DNA from: Neoechinorhynchus agilis
Lineage: Eukaryota; Animalia; Acanthocephala
Length of the DNA: 64,000 bases
Direction of reading: 5' to 3'
Assembly (NCBI GenBank): GCA_051530055.1
Contig: CM121341.1
Span: forward strand, 13,122,784 to 13,186,783
Made by a program: the position numbers and the translations under genes. Shown here one piece after another: positions 1 to 11,035 of this stretch. Numbering within the stretch: the stretch's first letter is position 1; the number at the start of each line of letters is the position of its first letter. The notes under the pieces are model-generated. The model did not search any database, had not been told where the DNA came from, and was given only the letters and a program-made list of their open reading frames with translations.

Positions 1-518
1 GGGAGACGCATCCACGACAACTCTGAGTTAGTCTCGATGGAGTCTGTCAATAAAGATGTGAATTTTTTGCGGCCTGATATCGCGAGCCCCTTGGGATTCT
101 TTTCAGAACGTTCCTGGGCAGAACTCGCGCAATATTCCTACAAACGGAATTTCATTTTGTACTGGTGATAGGATTCTGACGCACACCATCAATGGACTTA
201 GCGAATGAACCGGAACCGCCACAGCGTGAATTACGGGGTCCATGGACGCTAAGAACTCCCATTTTCGTCATGGAGAAAATCCCATCACAAACCTCACATA
301 ATCCTGTTGAACAGCTGTGTCGTGTGGTACCCTTGGCTGACGAGGTTGAAATAATCACATTGACGTGCTCTTTTCACTTGGCTCGTTTTGGGCGGGCAAG
401 TTTCCGTCTTCATATTATGGTCTAGCATCCACGTTCCGAGCGATCTGTGGTGGAGGCATCGGTGTCCATCGGTGGTGGCGGCATCGATACAAAAACAGTC
501 ATATTTTGGATGAAACAT
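1..518 (-). mobile_element. 5' fragment of a CRE-like non-LTR retrotransposon (N-terminal zinc-finger region), frameshifted, runs off the window
   Basis: Minus-strand translations CEVCDGIFSMTKMGVLSVHGPRNSRCGGSG and VLKRIPRGSRYQAAKKFTSLL resemble the N-terminus of CRE-clade ORFs; the frames are broken. Confidence 0.6.
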
Positions 519-766
519 TTTAAATCGAAACTGTTTTAGATTCCCAGTACCTATTTTTTAAGTTTTACTGGCAAGCCGGTATGTTATCATCATTCAATTT
601 TAGTCAATCCCTTTCTTGTCCGGCAATTTTTAAGAACGACGACTATTATAAATGAAACATTTTAAATCGAAACTGTTTTAGATTCCCAGTACCTATTTTT
701 TAAGTTTTACTGGCAAGCCGGTATGTTATCATCATTCAATTTTAGTCAATCCCTTTCTTGTCCGGC
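510..766. repeat. Tandem duplication of a ~115 bp segment (period 142 bp), with inverted partial copies at ~848-890 and ~1197-1235
   Basis: atgaaacattttaaatcg...ctttcttgtccggc occurs at 510 and 652; reverse-complement matches lie downstream. Confidence 0.9.
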
Positions 767-896
767 TTATTTATTTAGGCATAAAGTCAAACCAATTACA
801 TCAGAGAAGTGATATAACCACATAGTCTCTAATGTCGGTTTAAGAGTATGATGATAACATACCGGCTTGCCAGTAAAACTTAAAAAATAGAACACA

Positions 897-1235
897 GCGC
901 TCACCCTGAGTCGATAAACTGGCTGAGTTTGACATTTCGTAGTTGTGTCGAGGTGGTCAAGTGGAATAATGCCCGTGATCCCGATTAGGGGTCAAGTGGT
1001 TCGAATCCGTTACCACCAATGACGCACAGCCAAAGGGGACGAAGTACCGCTGAAGGGAGGAAACTCACTGATAAGTCCCGCCTCCTGGAGGTATCTGAGG
1101 ATCCGGAGGAATGTACAAACTCTTAACCGACATTAGAGACTATGTGGTTATATCACTTCTCTGATGTAATGGATTTGGCTTTATGCCTAAATAAATAAGC
1201 CGGACAAGAAAGGGATTGACTAAAATTGAATGATT
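897..1235 (+). mobile_element. tRNA-derived SINE-like element, copy 1 (Pol III A/B boxes followed by a hammerhead-like motif)
   Basis: A box TGGTCAAGTGG at 954-964, B box GGTTCGAATCC at 998-1008, T-arm-like stem, ends ACCACCA; a diverged second copy lies at 21927-22165. Confidence 0.65.
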
Positions 1236-1775
1236 CCCAGTACCATAAAGAATGTTCGCCATTTTTTAAAATGATAAAATCGAAATTCATGTAGCGCTGA
1301 TAATTTTTCGATTCTCAACCTTTCCAAACTTCAAGTTCTTCCTGTCTTGATTGCTAAATGGTTCATTTCTTTAGTTTCGTGAATCCTCATGTACTTTTTA
1401 CGCATTGAAATCTTGTTCTAGTTCATATTATAAAGATTAAAGGCATCACTCAAAGATTGCAAAAGAAAGGTTCTATCATGAGAAAATAAGCAGCTCTCAG
1501 TGGTTAAAACAATGCAGTTTTATTATTAGAAGAAATTTACTCTATCCATTTGAATTAACTGCACTAGCGATTTGGTATTTTTAGGATCGCTTGACTTAGG
1601 CATAGTTGGAAAAGTATTTTAAAGGGAAGACGAGTAAAAACAAAAATGTGGTAGATCGTCGATCTAAAATAAAGTGATAAAATAAAGTGGGAATTCCGGT
1701 CAACTGTACAAATTGTATACTACGAATTCAAGCTCTATAAGTATCGCAGAATTTTTCGATCTTTTTATCCTTATC

Positions 1776-1888
1776 TGCTTGTTTATGGCGGAAAAAATTG
1801 AAGGAATTTATTAAATCCAATATTTCGGAGGCACAATCTCGTGCCTTTATCAAGGTTGTAAAAAGTGTTTAACCGCCATAAACAAGCA
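1776..1888. mobile_element. Small non-autonomous element with 16-bp terminal inverted repeats, carrying a hammerhead-like relic (family A)
   Basis: tgcttgtttatggcgg (1776-1791) / ccgccataaacaagca (1873-1888); related pieces at 14234-14311 and ~20159-20193. Confidence 0.7.
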
Positions 1889-2525
1889 TTAATAATTCAA
1901 TCTTCAAACTCATCGTTATCTCTTGATTGCATCAGTTAAACGAAAAGGATTTGCAGGGAGGTAGACAAAATTTCACAATTATCCGGTGAGAAAATTTTAA
2001 TCTTGACACCCGGAGAAAAATCTAATTTCTTCATATGGCACAGACCGCGTTTTTTCCCTTGGGTATTTTACAATTTTTCTGCAAAATCATATTAAACTTA
2101 GCTTCGAAATTGTGAAATTTGGCAGTAATAAAGTTTGTAATGTGTTTGTCCTGCTCAATAATAACTTGTTTGTATAATGTTTTAATCTTTTCGCATATTT
2201 TATCGAGGATTACATTCGGGTTGTTAGATATATTGTTGTTTAGGTGGCTTGTCAACAACACCCTAGACAGATCATTAAAGACGAATATATAACAAGCAAT
2301 GGAATTAATAAAATGACTGATACAATTAGTTGAAATGTATACATTCTCGCCTTTAATGATCTCTCTCGAGTGTTGTTGACAAGCGAGCTAAACAACAATA
2401 CTTTTCTCATATGTAAGGAATGTTGGTTATTAGCGTTCGCCAACGAACTTTCTGGTAGTTTTTGTGCCACAACCCGCATTCATGTTAACATTAAAAAAAT
2501 TGTAAAAAGCGACCACAGATTTTGT

Positions 2526-3531
2526 CTAAGCATTGCCACACTCCTCTTGTGGTTTCTCTAATTCGGCCCCACATTCGGCAACTCCTTCGCTAAAATCCTC
2601 TGATTGAAGAGGAACAAGCAATGAGTACTTCCTTCCATCATCAGTGACATAGGTTTTATGTCTGAATTTCGACGATATTTTGAGTTGCTCCATTTGGCTC
2701 AAGTCATCGTCGGTTAGCGTTACGAATCTAACTGGTGGAAAGTTGTTGTATGGATGATCTGGGCTGAACGTATGGGCCTGGGACAAAGTCTGAGAGCTTG
2801 GATAAAATCCATGATTCAAAATATCAACCGCATGAGCGTTTTCTAAATTTAGAAAAGGCAGAGCGCCAATTGGAATGGTGACAGGTCCTGATAAGAATCC
2901 AGGTTTGTTTTTAGTGCAGTTCACGGTTACTAGTCCAGGATATTTTGGCATTTCTGGTTCTTGCACGTAAGGTTGAATAAAAGTGTTAACATTGACCGTT
3001 TGATTCGGAGCTGTCTGAACTTTTGGCGCCTGATTCACCCCTTGTTTGTTTGGCAATTTGACTGGTTGCTGGGCCACCTGTTGACCTTGTTGTACTGCAC
3101 TCGCTAGGAATTCGCTATAGGATCGCTTACGCGTGTTCCGTGTTGGTTCCGCTGCTTCCGCCTCTTCGTCTATTGCCCAATAGGATCCTCTGCCACCAGT
3201 GGGTCCAGGCAATCGTACGAATTTCTTATGAAGCGAGAGGTTATGTCTCACTGAGTTCTTAACCGTAGATGCGCGAGGGAAATTGTTCATTTTATCAAAG
3301 ATTTACCTGCCATTGTCTACTGAGTGTAAGCGATGTTCGTTCTCCGAAATATGGAATGTTCGTTGTGATCCAGTCGTAAATCTGTTGCAATGTCAACTTT
3401 TGGATAGCGCTACATTCGATAGCAAATGTTATGAGATCAGCGTACGAAGCATCGCCCCATGGATTAATGTTTTTCTTTTGAACTCCTGAAGTATTAGCAA
3501 TTTTCTTTTCCCTTGGTTTTTTAGACGGCAT
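2526..3531 (-). CDS. foxO: FoxO-like forkhead transcription factor; exons 3531-3307 and 3257-2526, GT-AG intron 3306-3258 (49 nt)
   Basis: NPWGDASYADLITFAIE...LTLQQIYDW...WQ|NSVRHNLSLHKKFVR matches the FoxO forkhead; intron at the W-x|NS position; RKRSYS Akt-type site after the domain. Confidence 0.85.
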
Positions 3532-5280
3532 GAATTCCTAAAATCAGTAGAGGGTTACTCAAAAAAATCTACAGATAATCGTATCGCGTTATTTATCACG
3601 AATGGGAACGAAAACAATCTCGATATAGTGATCCCAATCCCCGTGAGTATTTTCGACGCACTCTTTTTGCAAAGAGTACGAGCACTCGTGTCTATAACCA
3701 CGTAGCAAAGTTTAATACTGGGCGCTCACCTAAGCGATATGTTTGTTCTTGTTGATCGGGTCATTATCAAATAATTATTTTCAAGATTTCCATTGGAAAA
3801 AATATTTGACCATATTTGTATAGGTTTTTCCGACACGAAAACGCAAATATGTTGATTAAATGAGTTTATAAATCCTTCTCAATAGGGCGCTACAACCTTG
3901 TTTAAAATGCTTTTTCCATTATCTGCAAAGCACGTCCTAAATAATCGGTAACGATTGACAAATAAATCTTTATTTTTGTAGCAGAGAAGATTTCGATATA
4001 AAAAATAATAATGGAAAAGTAAACGCAATCTGAGATACAAATTTCGTTAGCATAAGCAGCAATAGGTTAAACCTTTTTTTGAATTATAATCTTTCCTAGG
4101 GTTTATCCGAATGAGTTTTGTATTTTATTGGAGATTCAAACCAAAAAAACGGCCTACTTGTTGAGAAGCTCGAATGTTGACCTTTTTTACTTTAGAAAAC
4201 TCTAAACTGATAATTTTTGAAACCATTCGGAAATAAAGCGCGTTTTAGTTCCTTTGGACGATTTGTATTCTTCCTCAAGTGATTGAACTGCGAGTTTGTT
4301 TTCAAATTCTGTTCAAGCTAAAATAGGAAATAAGAGAAAACCTTAATAACAACTCTGTTTGAGATTCGGCTCGAATTCCGCTGATCCGCGTCCAATAAAG
4401 ACATTCTCGAGATGGTTTTGTTTTATTCGACGATTGTAACCGTTAAGTAATAATTCTAATAACCTTCCTTTGGAGTTTTTAACGGTCAGAAAATAACTTC
4501 GATGTTGATAGACGATAGAATTTATCCGTATTAATCGATGAATATAACAAGAGAATAGAAAATCAAAATTTTCCAAGCAGAAATTTCATTAGAATCGATG
4601 AATGTTAGTTAAGAATTTGTAGCAACGCTGACAATGTGAAAAATTCTTTATCTGTTTATAATCCAACAGAATAAAAGGTTTGCGAAATTTTCTCGGTTGT
4701 CATCTCATGTTATTGTTAGGATCGAATCGATACTTAAAGTCACAAAATTTTAAAAATATCCAGATAACTCTTAGCTACTCAATTAAATCATCCGAGATAT
4801 TTGCTTAAGATCTAAAAGTGGAGATCGCTGAGAATAAATATGAGTGGAAGTGGACGAAAATATAAAATATTAAATCAGTTTGCCAAAATACAGTTATGGA
4901 TAACGGTGCAGACTTAGAGATTTTCGGATTAGCTAGTTAACTTTTTGAAAGAATATTTTCTAAAGTATTTCTTTCGACTTCTCAGTGTGTATCACTTTGG
5001 ATGTCTTCGACGAGATTCATTGGGTTTAAGCTACACGATCTTATTTCGTAAAAGTAAAAACACGATGTACTGCAATTAAAATCTACTAATAATAAGAACT
5101 TCATTATTACAATTTTTTATTTAAATATTTTACTCGTCCTTTATGTCGGGAATCCTTTAAATATTCCGAGGTTGTTCTTAAAGGAATAAAATTCGATGAT
5201 TGTGAGCAACAGTGGGTGTTGAACTGCAAGATCGCTAATCTCGTTATTTGGTTTAATGATTGTTAAAGTACAGATTAATT

Positions 5281-5420
5281 TTATTAAATCAAATATTTTG
5301 TCCATCTCTTTGGACGTCTTCAGGTTGTAAAAGTGTTTAATCCGATGACGTTCAAGTGTAGATTAAACACTTTTACAACCTGAAGAAGTCCGACGAGACG
5401 GACGAAATAATTGAATTAAT
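5281..5420. repeat. Foldback with a perfect 25-bp inverted core; both arms carry hammerhead-like relics (family A)
   Basis: cttcaggttgtaaaagtgtttaatc / gattaaacacttttacaacctgaag; CTGAAGAA-GTCC...GGAC-GAAA at 5380-5407. Confidence 0.8.
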
Positions 5421-6133
5421 AAAATTAATGTCTATTTTCACAATCACCGAATAAAATATATCCATGAACGACCTCTTGCTATTTGCTACATGATGAGCGC
5501 ATCCAAAAAATCGAGAACTATTTAAAGTTGGCATTCGGATTGCGCTAATGAACGACACTGTTTGTTGTTGGGTTTTTTCGTTTCAGTGAAGAATAGGCAA
5601 AGCCATAAAAATAAGATGGACCGCGCTTTTTGGACATTGTTTTTCCTTGTCCATTAGTCAATCTTAACTTAGTCGTTTGTCTCATATCGGTAACTCAAAA
5701 TCAGGAGCAGTTTATTTTCGATATGATTCAATATTTGTTATCGCCGTTGTAAGTTTCAAAGTTCTATATAATTTCATTCGCTACATAATCTTGAGACCCA
5801 GCCTCGTCCTTATGCCGGCTTTTTTTATGCCCAAAGCTCATGTGTCAGGCCGCGATCGAACAAGAAAATGTTTGGGTTTTTTAACGCCCCATCGCTTTAG
5901 GAAAAACTAATGCAAACCGACAGTCCCAAAATCAATCGATTCTCCGTTTTTGATCATTATGTTCTTTTTTAAGAGACAGTGGCTTATACGCATAGCAACG
6001 AATGATGCATTCGCAGACATTGATGCTGCAACGCCTCTATAGTACTCCGAACCTCTATAGTATCTTTATCGCATACAAGCGCCGACGACTTATAGATTGT
6101 CTTCTCAAAGAATTTCGTGAAACTCTTTTATAG

Positions 6134-7491
6134 ATGGATCACCATCATGATCATCACATGAATCCATCACCGCAACCACTCATGGCTTTGCTAGCCACCT
6201 TTGGCATAAGTCTCTTTCCGTTTCTCATTCTGTTTGCAATGCCGAAAATGGGCATAGATCATGATAGTCCAACACTCCGATATCTTCTACAATTCGCAGC
6301 CGGATCTTTACTCGGTGATGCATTTATCCATCTCATTCCTCATGCTTTATCCGAAGCGTCCGAACATCAAGATTTTGAGAGAATCGGAATGCTCACCTTT
6401 TCCGGGGTACTCATCTTCGCCATTCTGGAGATGGTCGCAAGTCATTTGGTTGATCATAAAAAGGAAAGCTCTAAGTTAAAAAAGGACAAGGATAGCGATG
6501 ATGAAGACTTTAAATCGTGGTTTTGCGTTGTATTTTTGGTTTTAATATCTTTTTTGTCTAATTTTAATAACTTCTTGAAAAACTCTGAAATACACTACCT
6601 TTTTCATCCCTATGTTAACTTTTGAATCATAAAACCTACCTATCATTAAAGGTGCATTTAAAATGAATCTAAATAAACTGCTTTTGATATTCTGATTTCG
6701 TGTAGGGTTTGTCGAAGTGCTTTTATGTTTTGCTTTTCCAAGGTTTGCGATTAGATCCCGTCAAATTAAAATCTGAAAATTACACATTCAACAGTGGAGA
6801 ACCACGGTGTACACCAACGGAACCCGAGGTTCACAAAACCGTAGACGTATCTGGGGTTCACAAAACCGTAGACGTATCTGGATACTTGAGTCTACTTGCT
6901 GATTTTTCGCACAACTTCACAGATGGACTTGCTATGGGCGCTTCATTCATGGTCACTGGTCGATTAGGTAGATTTAAATGTTTTGATAAAACTAACCTAT
7001 AGCTTTTTTAGGTCTGGTAACATCTCTTGCTGTCCTCCTTCACGAGATTCCACACGAATTGGGCGATTACGCACTATTGGTCCGGTCCGGGATTAAGCCA
7101 ATAAACGTAGGGTTTTACGTCCTGGATACCTTTTAGAACTTAACCTGATTAGGCAATCTATCTCCAATTGGTGACGGCGATTGGGGCATTCCTTGGATGC
7201 ATACTCGCTATATTCGCCGGAAATGAAGTTTCGATAAATTTTGTTCTTCCAATCACTGCTGGAGGATTCATTTATTCCAGTGGTTCATCTTATGCACTAG
7301 TCTTATAACTGATCATTGAACCACCGGACTACATTGCGTGTGTCTCAATTTTGGCGGATAAGTCACACTGTCACCAGGGTAAAAAGGTGTCCAGAGGGTT
7401 TCGTCAAGCAGCAACGGAAATGGCATGCTTGATCATGGGAGTGCTTGTTATGTCTTTTATATCTAAACTTGAACACGAGCATGAACATTGA
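6134..7491 (+). CDS. LIV-1/ZIP family zinc transporter (ZIP7/ZIP13-like); exons 6134-6516, 6795-6967, 7012-7106, 7153-7273, 7331-7491 (last intron non-canonical); 5' end may extend upstream
   Basis: [52 protein letters not shown], and AGGFIYIACVS after removing 57 nt; three GT-AG introns keep the frame. Confidence 0.9.
7274..7330 (+). other. Candidate non-canonical hairpin intron, 57 nt (ends can slide by 1-2 nt)
   Basis: Contains in-frame TAA; removal restores GGFIYIA; stem tccagtggttca/tgaaccaccgga (11 of 12 bp); no frame-preserving GT-AG option retains the conserved helix. Confidence 0.8.
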
Positions 7492-7864
7492 GATAACCGA
7501 ATCGTCCTTTTGAGTTAGATGTTTTTCACAACAAAAATGCGGTATTACAAACTCAAACACCCTTATTCAAAGAAACCGCTGAAAATCGTACAAAATGAAT
7601 TGAAATTTACAGCGAGCGAATTCTTACCCGAAAAGAAAATCCAATATTCAAATTTATTTTGGAAAAGTGCAAATTGAATATCGTTTTCGAATAAAACGCA
7701 TAATGATCAAAAACAAAAATTTAGGTTCGTGGATTAACATAATGTAACGGTATTTTGATTTTTTGTAGAAATGATTTTAACCAACCGAAACGCTGACCTG
7801 GATAGCATGCAAAAATAACTGAAGGCAATCCATATCCCATTAGAGTTCCATCAAAAAATTATTT

Positions 7865-10423
7865 TTAAGGATTCAACACCAAACATATTATCAAGTTGAT
7901 GAATATACTGCCATTGGTATAATGTCTACTTATAACATGATCCATTTCACCGACAATTTCTTTGCTCATTCCATGCAATGAAAGATTCTGCACCCGATCG
8001 CCTGCGGTAAAGCTCACAATTTTGCGATAAGTTTTTAATTTTTCAACTGAATTTAAAATTTCCAGGATCGATTTCTGTAGTACTCTTACTGCGTTACTGA
8101 ATCGGTCGTTCAATTGTGTAGTTTTATTAAACAGCATCTTAAGACAATCAACAACACGATCTCCAAAATATTCAAGATCAGAGATGTTGAGTTTTAGCTC
8201 ATGAACGTGGAAATTAATCACGACGCTTTGCTCTTTGGATTGTCTTCGCGAGCCAGGACTACTAAAATCAACGATAGTTCCTGTACTTTTATTGAACATT
8301 TTTCGTCTTAACGTGCCATTCTCTTCCGCAAAACTCATTGTTTTCAGCCCCTGTAAATCTTTGGCTTTCAGTCTCGCGTCTAGTCCACGGACAATATCTT
8401 CAAAACGCTGATCTTCGTCTTTATCCAAACCAGCCAATACCCGTTTTCGGATCTCCGCTTCTGTTTCCTCACATTCGATCTCATCGTAGTCAACAACTGG
8501 ATCAAGAACGAGTATTCTTGTCATAGCTCGGCGAAGCTCGAGTTCCCGATCACGCCACCAGTTCAGCAAAGTAAACGGTGGACTTAAATCTTTTTCAATC
8601 TTAACTCCTCGTCCAGTTTTTATCAGTTTTTCTAAAACAGACAGGATAAAATCGACTCTCTGATAAACATTAGACGTTCCGATAGTGGGGTCGAAATGTA
8701 ATGCGTTATTTATGGCCACGGTAGACGGAGTTGCCATTTTAATCGACGGTATCTTCATTTTGGATTGACCAGAACTTTTTTTAACCGTAACTCTCTGCTT
8801 TTTACGTTTTGGTATTGCGGTTACGGCATTAGAATTATTCCCATAACCAACTGCACCTTCCCTAACATTGGTATTGGTAGATATTCTTGACAAATTCTTA
8901 GACAAATCGAATAGTACCTTCGATTCCGTAGTATTGGATGGCTCTTGTCTTTCAAGGCAATCATTTCTCTGGCCTTTCATCCGATCTATTTTGACTCTTA
9001 AATTTTTTGCAAGTGACGAAAAATAATCCGCATCTTTAGTTTCGTTGACCAAATCAGTTGATACAATATTCTTTAACTGATTTGCGACGGACTTCATATC
9101 ACCAAAAAGCATTTCGTCCATAAATTCAGTCGGTCGTTGTTCCAAACCTTTACATTTGTTTATTTCCTTTTTGAGCAATTCTCGCTTCCACAAAGTTGAC
9201 TCAACGCCGTCAGTCTTTTCGAATATATTATCATCTGATAGTAATCTCCTTTGATCACCCTTCACAGCGCGTTTGGAAGATGGTTCAACGTATGGACGGC
9301 GCCGTCTCTTAAGTTCTTTCTTGAGTTCATTCTCAATAGCGTCCATAAAGTGGCCGCTGCGAACAATTGTTTCAAGATAATTAAAAAGATAAAGATCAGA
9401 ATGGTCCACACGAATAAATGAAATAACACCACTCCGGCCTCCGCTGGATGATATTTTCACCGACTTTATGTCGGTGGTAGGCATTTCATTGAATGAATCA
9501 TTTTTGCTTTCTTGAGTTTCTCGATTCCAAGTGCCTTCACGTGCTACATAACGTCCAGATAATTCTTTTTCCTTCAATTCACGGTTCAACTCATCGCGTA
9601 CACCTTCGATCAAAGTCGGTCCTTGCAGGATAGTCTTTATTATGTCCAAAATCATAAAGTCCAATGCGGTTAAAAGATTTTTGGAGTCTTTGTATTCTTG
9701 CTCGGGACGGTTATCATTGCTTTTAGGTAGAACTAAGTCGTTTTTAATGAATTCATCACACCAGTCATCATCTTTGCTCATTATGCTTTTGTCCTCCGAT
9801 CCCAATCGATCATTTAACTCCCTCATAACTTCGCGTCCTCTTTCCATACTTTCTAGAGTTTCAAAAATAAGCCTTTGAGTGGGACTCATAACGCCATCCT
9901 TTACATTGTGTTCTTTTAACTGTGGTATTGTGAATTGTTTAGTCTTAGGTTTCCCCTTTAAGATTTTTTCAAACTCTTCATTCTCTGGTTTGTCCATTTT
10001 GGCTTCGGTCGCCAGTCTTTGAATTCTCTGTCTTTGTTTTCTCCTAATTTCATCAAGACACATTCGATTTTCTGAAATCATTTCTTCGTATTTATCACGC
10101 TCCTTATCCCAATACTTTGCTTGCTTCTTAAAAATGATTAATGCCTCGCTTTCAGTCGAAGGCAGTTCTCGTTCGGAAATCTTGGTTGATGTATCTGGGA
10201 GTCCTGCGTTTCTTCGACCATTAAGAAGTAAATCGTTATTCTCAGACGACTCTTGTTTTCCGTTATGAACCTTCGAATTCGCAATGAAAGGTTCATAGGA
10301 CTTGGATTGGGAAGTGCGACTCCCTAGTGATTTCTTTATCCCGCGGAAAGTAAATCCGTTGACGTCTGCTTCTGTTATTCTACTCAAGTTTAAAATCTTT
10401 ACATTTTTAGCCATGTAATGCAA
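7865..10423 (-). CDS. Hypothetical 852-aa charged/coiled-coil protein, no recognised domain
   Basis: 2.56 kb uninterrupted ORF starting with ATG in an AT-rich background. Confidence 0.75.
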   Translation of the reverse strand: MHYMAKNVKILNLSRITEADVNGFTFRGIKKSLGSRTSQSKSYEPFIANSKVHNGKQESSENNDLLLNGRRNAGLPDTSTKISERELPSTESEALIIFKKQAKYWDKERDKYEEMISENRMCLDEIRRKQRQRIQRLATEAKMDKPENEEFEKILKGKPKTKQFTIPQLKEHNVKDGVMSPTQRLIFETLESMERGREVMRELNDRLGSEDKSIMSKDDDWCDEFIKNDLVLPKSNDNRPEQEYKDSKNLLTALDFMILDIIKTILQGPTLIEGVRDELNRELKEKELSGRYVAREGTWNRETQESKNDSFNEMPTTDIKSVKISSSGGRSGVISFIRVDHSDLYLFNYLETIVRSGHFMDAIENELKKELKRRRRPYVEPSSKRAVKGDQRRLLSDDNIFEKTDGVESTLWKRELLKKEINKCKGLEQRPTEFMDEMLFGDMKSVANQLKNIVSTDLVNETKDADYFSSLAKNLRVKIDRMKGQRNDCLERQEPSNTTESKVLFDLSKNLSRISTNTNVREGAVGYGNNSNAVTAIPKRKKQRVTVKKSSGQSKMKIPSIKMATPSTVAINNALHFDPTIGTSNVYQRVDFILSVLEKLIKTGRGVKIEKDLSPPFTLLNWWRDRELELRRAMTRILVLDPVVDYDEIECEETEAEIRKRVLAGLDKDEDQRFEDIVRGLDARLKAKDLQGLKTMSFAEENGTLRRKMFNKSTGTIVDFSSPGSRRQSKEQSVVINFHVHELKLNISDLEYFGDRVVDCLKMLFNKTTQLNDRFSNAVRVLQKSILEILNSVEKLKTYRKIVSFTAGDRVQNLSLHGMSKEIVGEMDHVISRHYTNGSIFINLIICLVLNP

Positions 10424-11035
10424 CTCATTAACGGTAAAAGAAATTTAAGCGACAGTTGTCATAGTACAAAAAGACGTGAAAACTTTTGGCCAGGCGAAAT
10501 AAAGAAAAATGATTGTAGTGTAATTTAACAGGGGATTTCTTCAGAATCGATTGAGTTTTCTCAAGTGACAAGCAATTCTAAAGAAATCCCCCGTAGAGGA
10601 CGAAATATTAAATTAAACTAAAATCATTTTTCTTTGGCCAAAAACAAATCCACTAATGGAAATGCATAAAATAATCAATATTTTACATTTTGTCGTTAAG
10701 GATGACAATTAAAAAAATTATAAAGATTCAGAATGTCCTAAAGGCAGAAAAATATCTTTTTGACATGAATTAATAATCATTCTAGATGATTTAGATGGCA
10801 GCTTCATTAATTTCACGTTAATGTGGTAATCAGCCTAAATAGCAAAAACTTTTCTTCCCATTTTCTCAGATTCTGCTGCAAAGATAAAAATAACGCATTC
10901 GAGGATGTGCGAACTCATTAAATGATAAATTCCGTCAAATAAATCGTTGATCTCTGTAAGCAATCATCAACGATCGATTCGTACGAAAGAATAAATCATT
11001 TGTTATAAAAGAGGATAATTTTAGTAGTTGCTTTA

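Noticed and set aside
946-1018. Functional tRNA gene
   Set aside because: The acceptor and anticodon stems do not pair properly, and the sequence continues into a repeated body; treated as a SINE head.
2031-2261. Minus ORF ending KIPKGKNAVCAI as a CRE-like remnant
   Set aside because: The resemblance is limited to a few residues and cannot be supported without a search.
3982-3992. CAGAGAAGATT resembling the U6 ACAGAGA box
   Set aside because: Only 11 nt; no U6 5' stem-loop or downstream AGCATGGCCCC.
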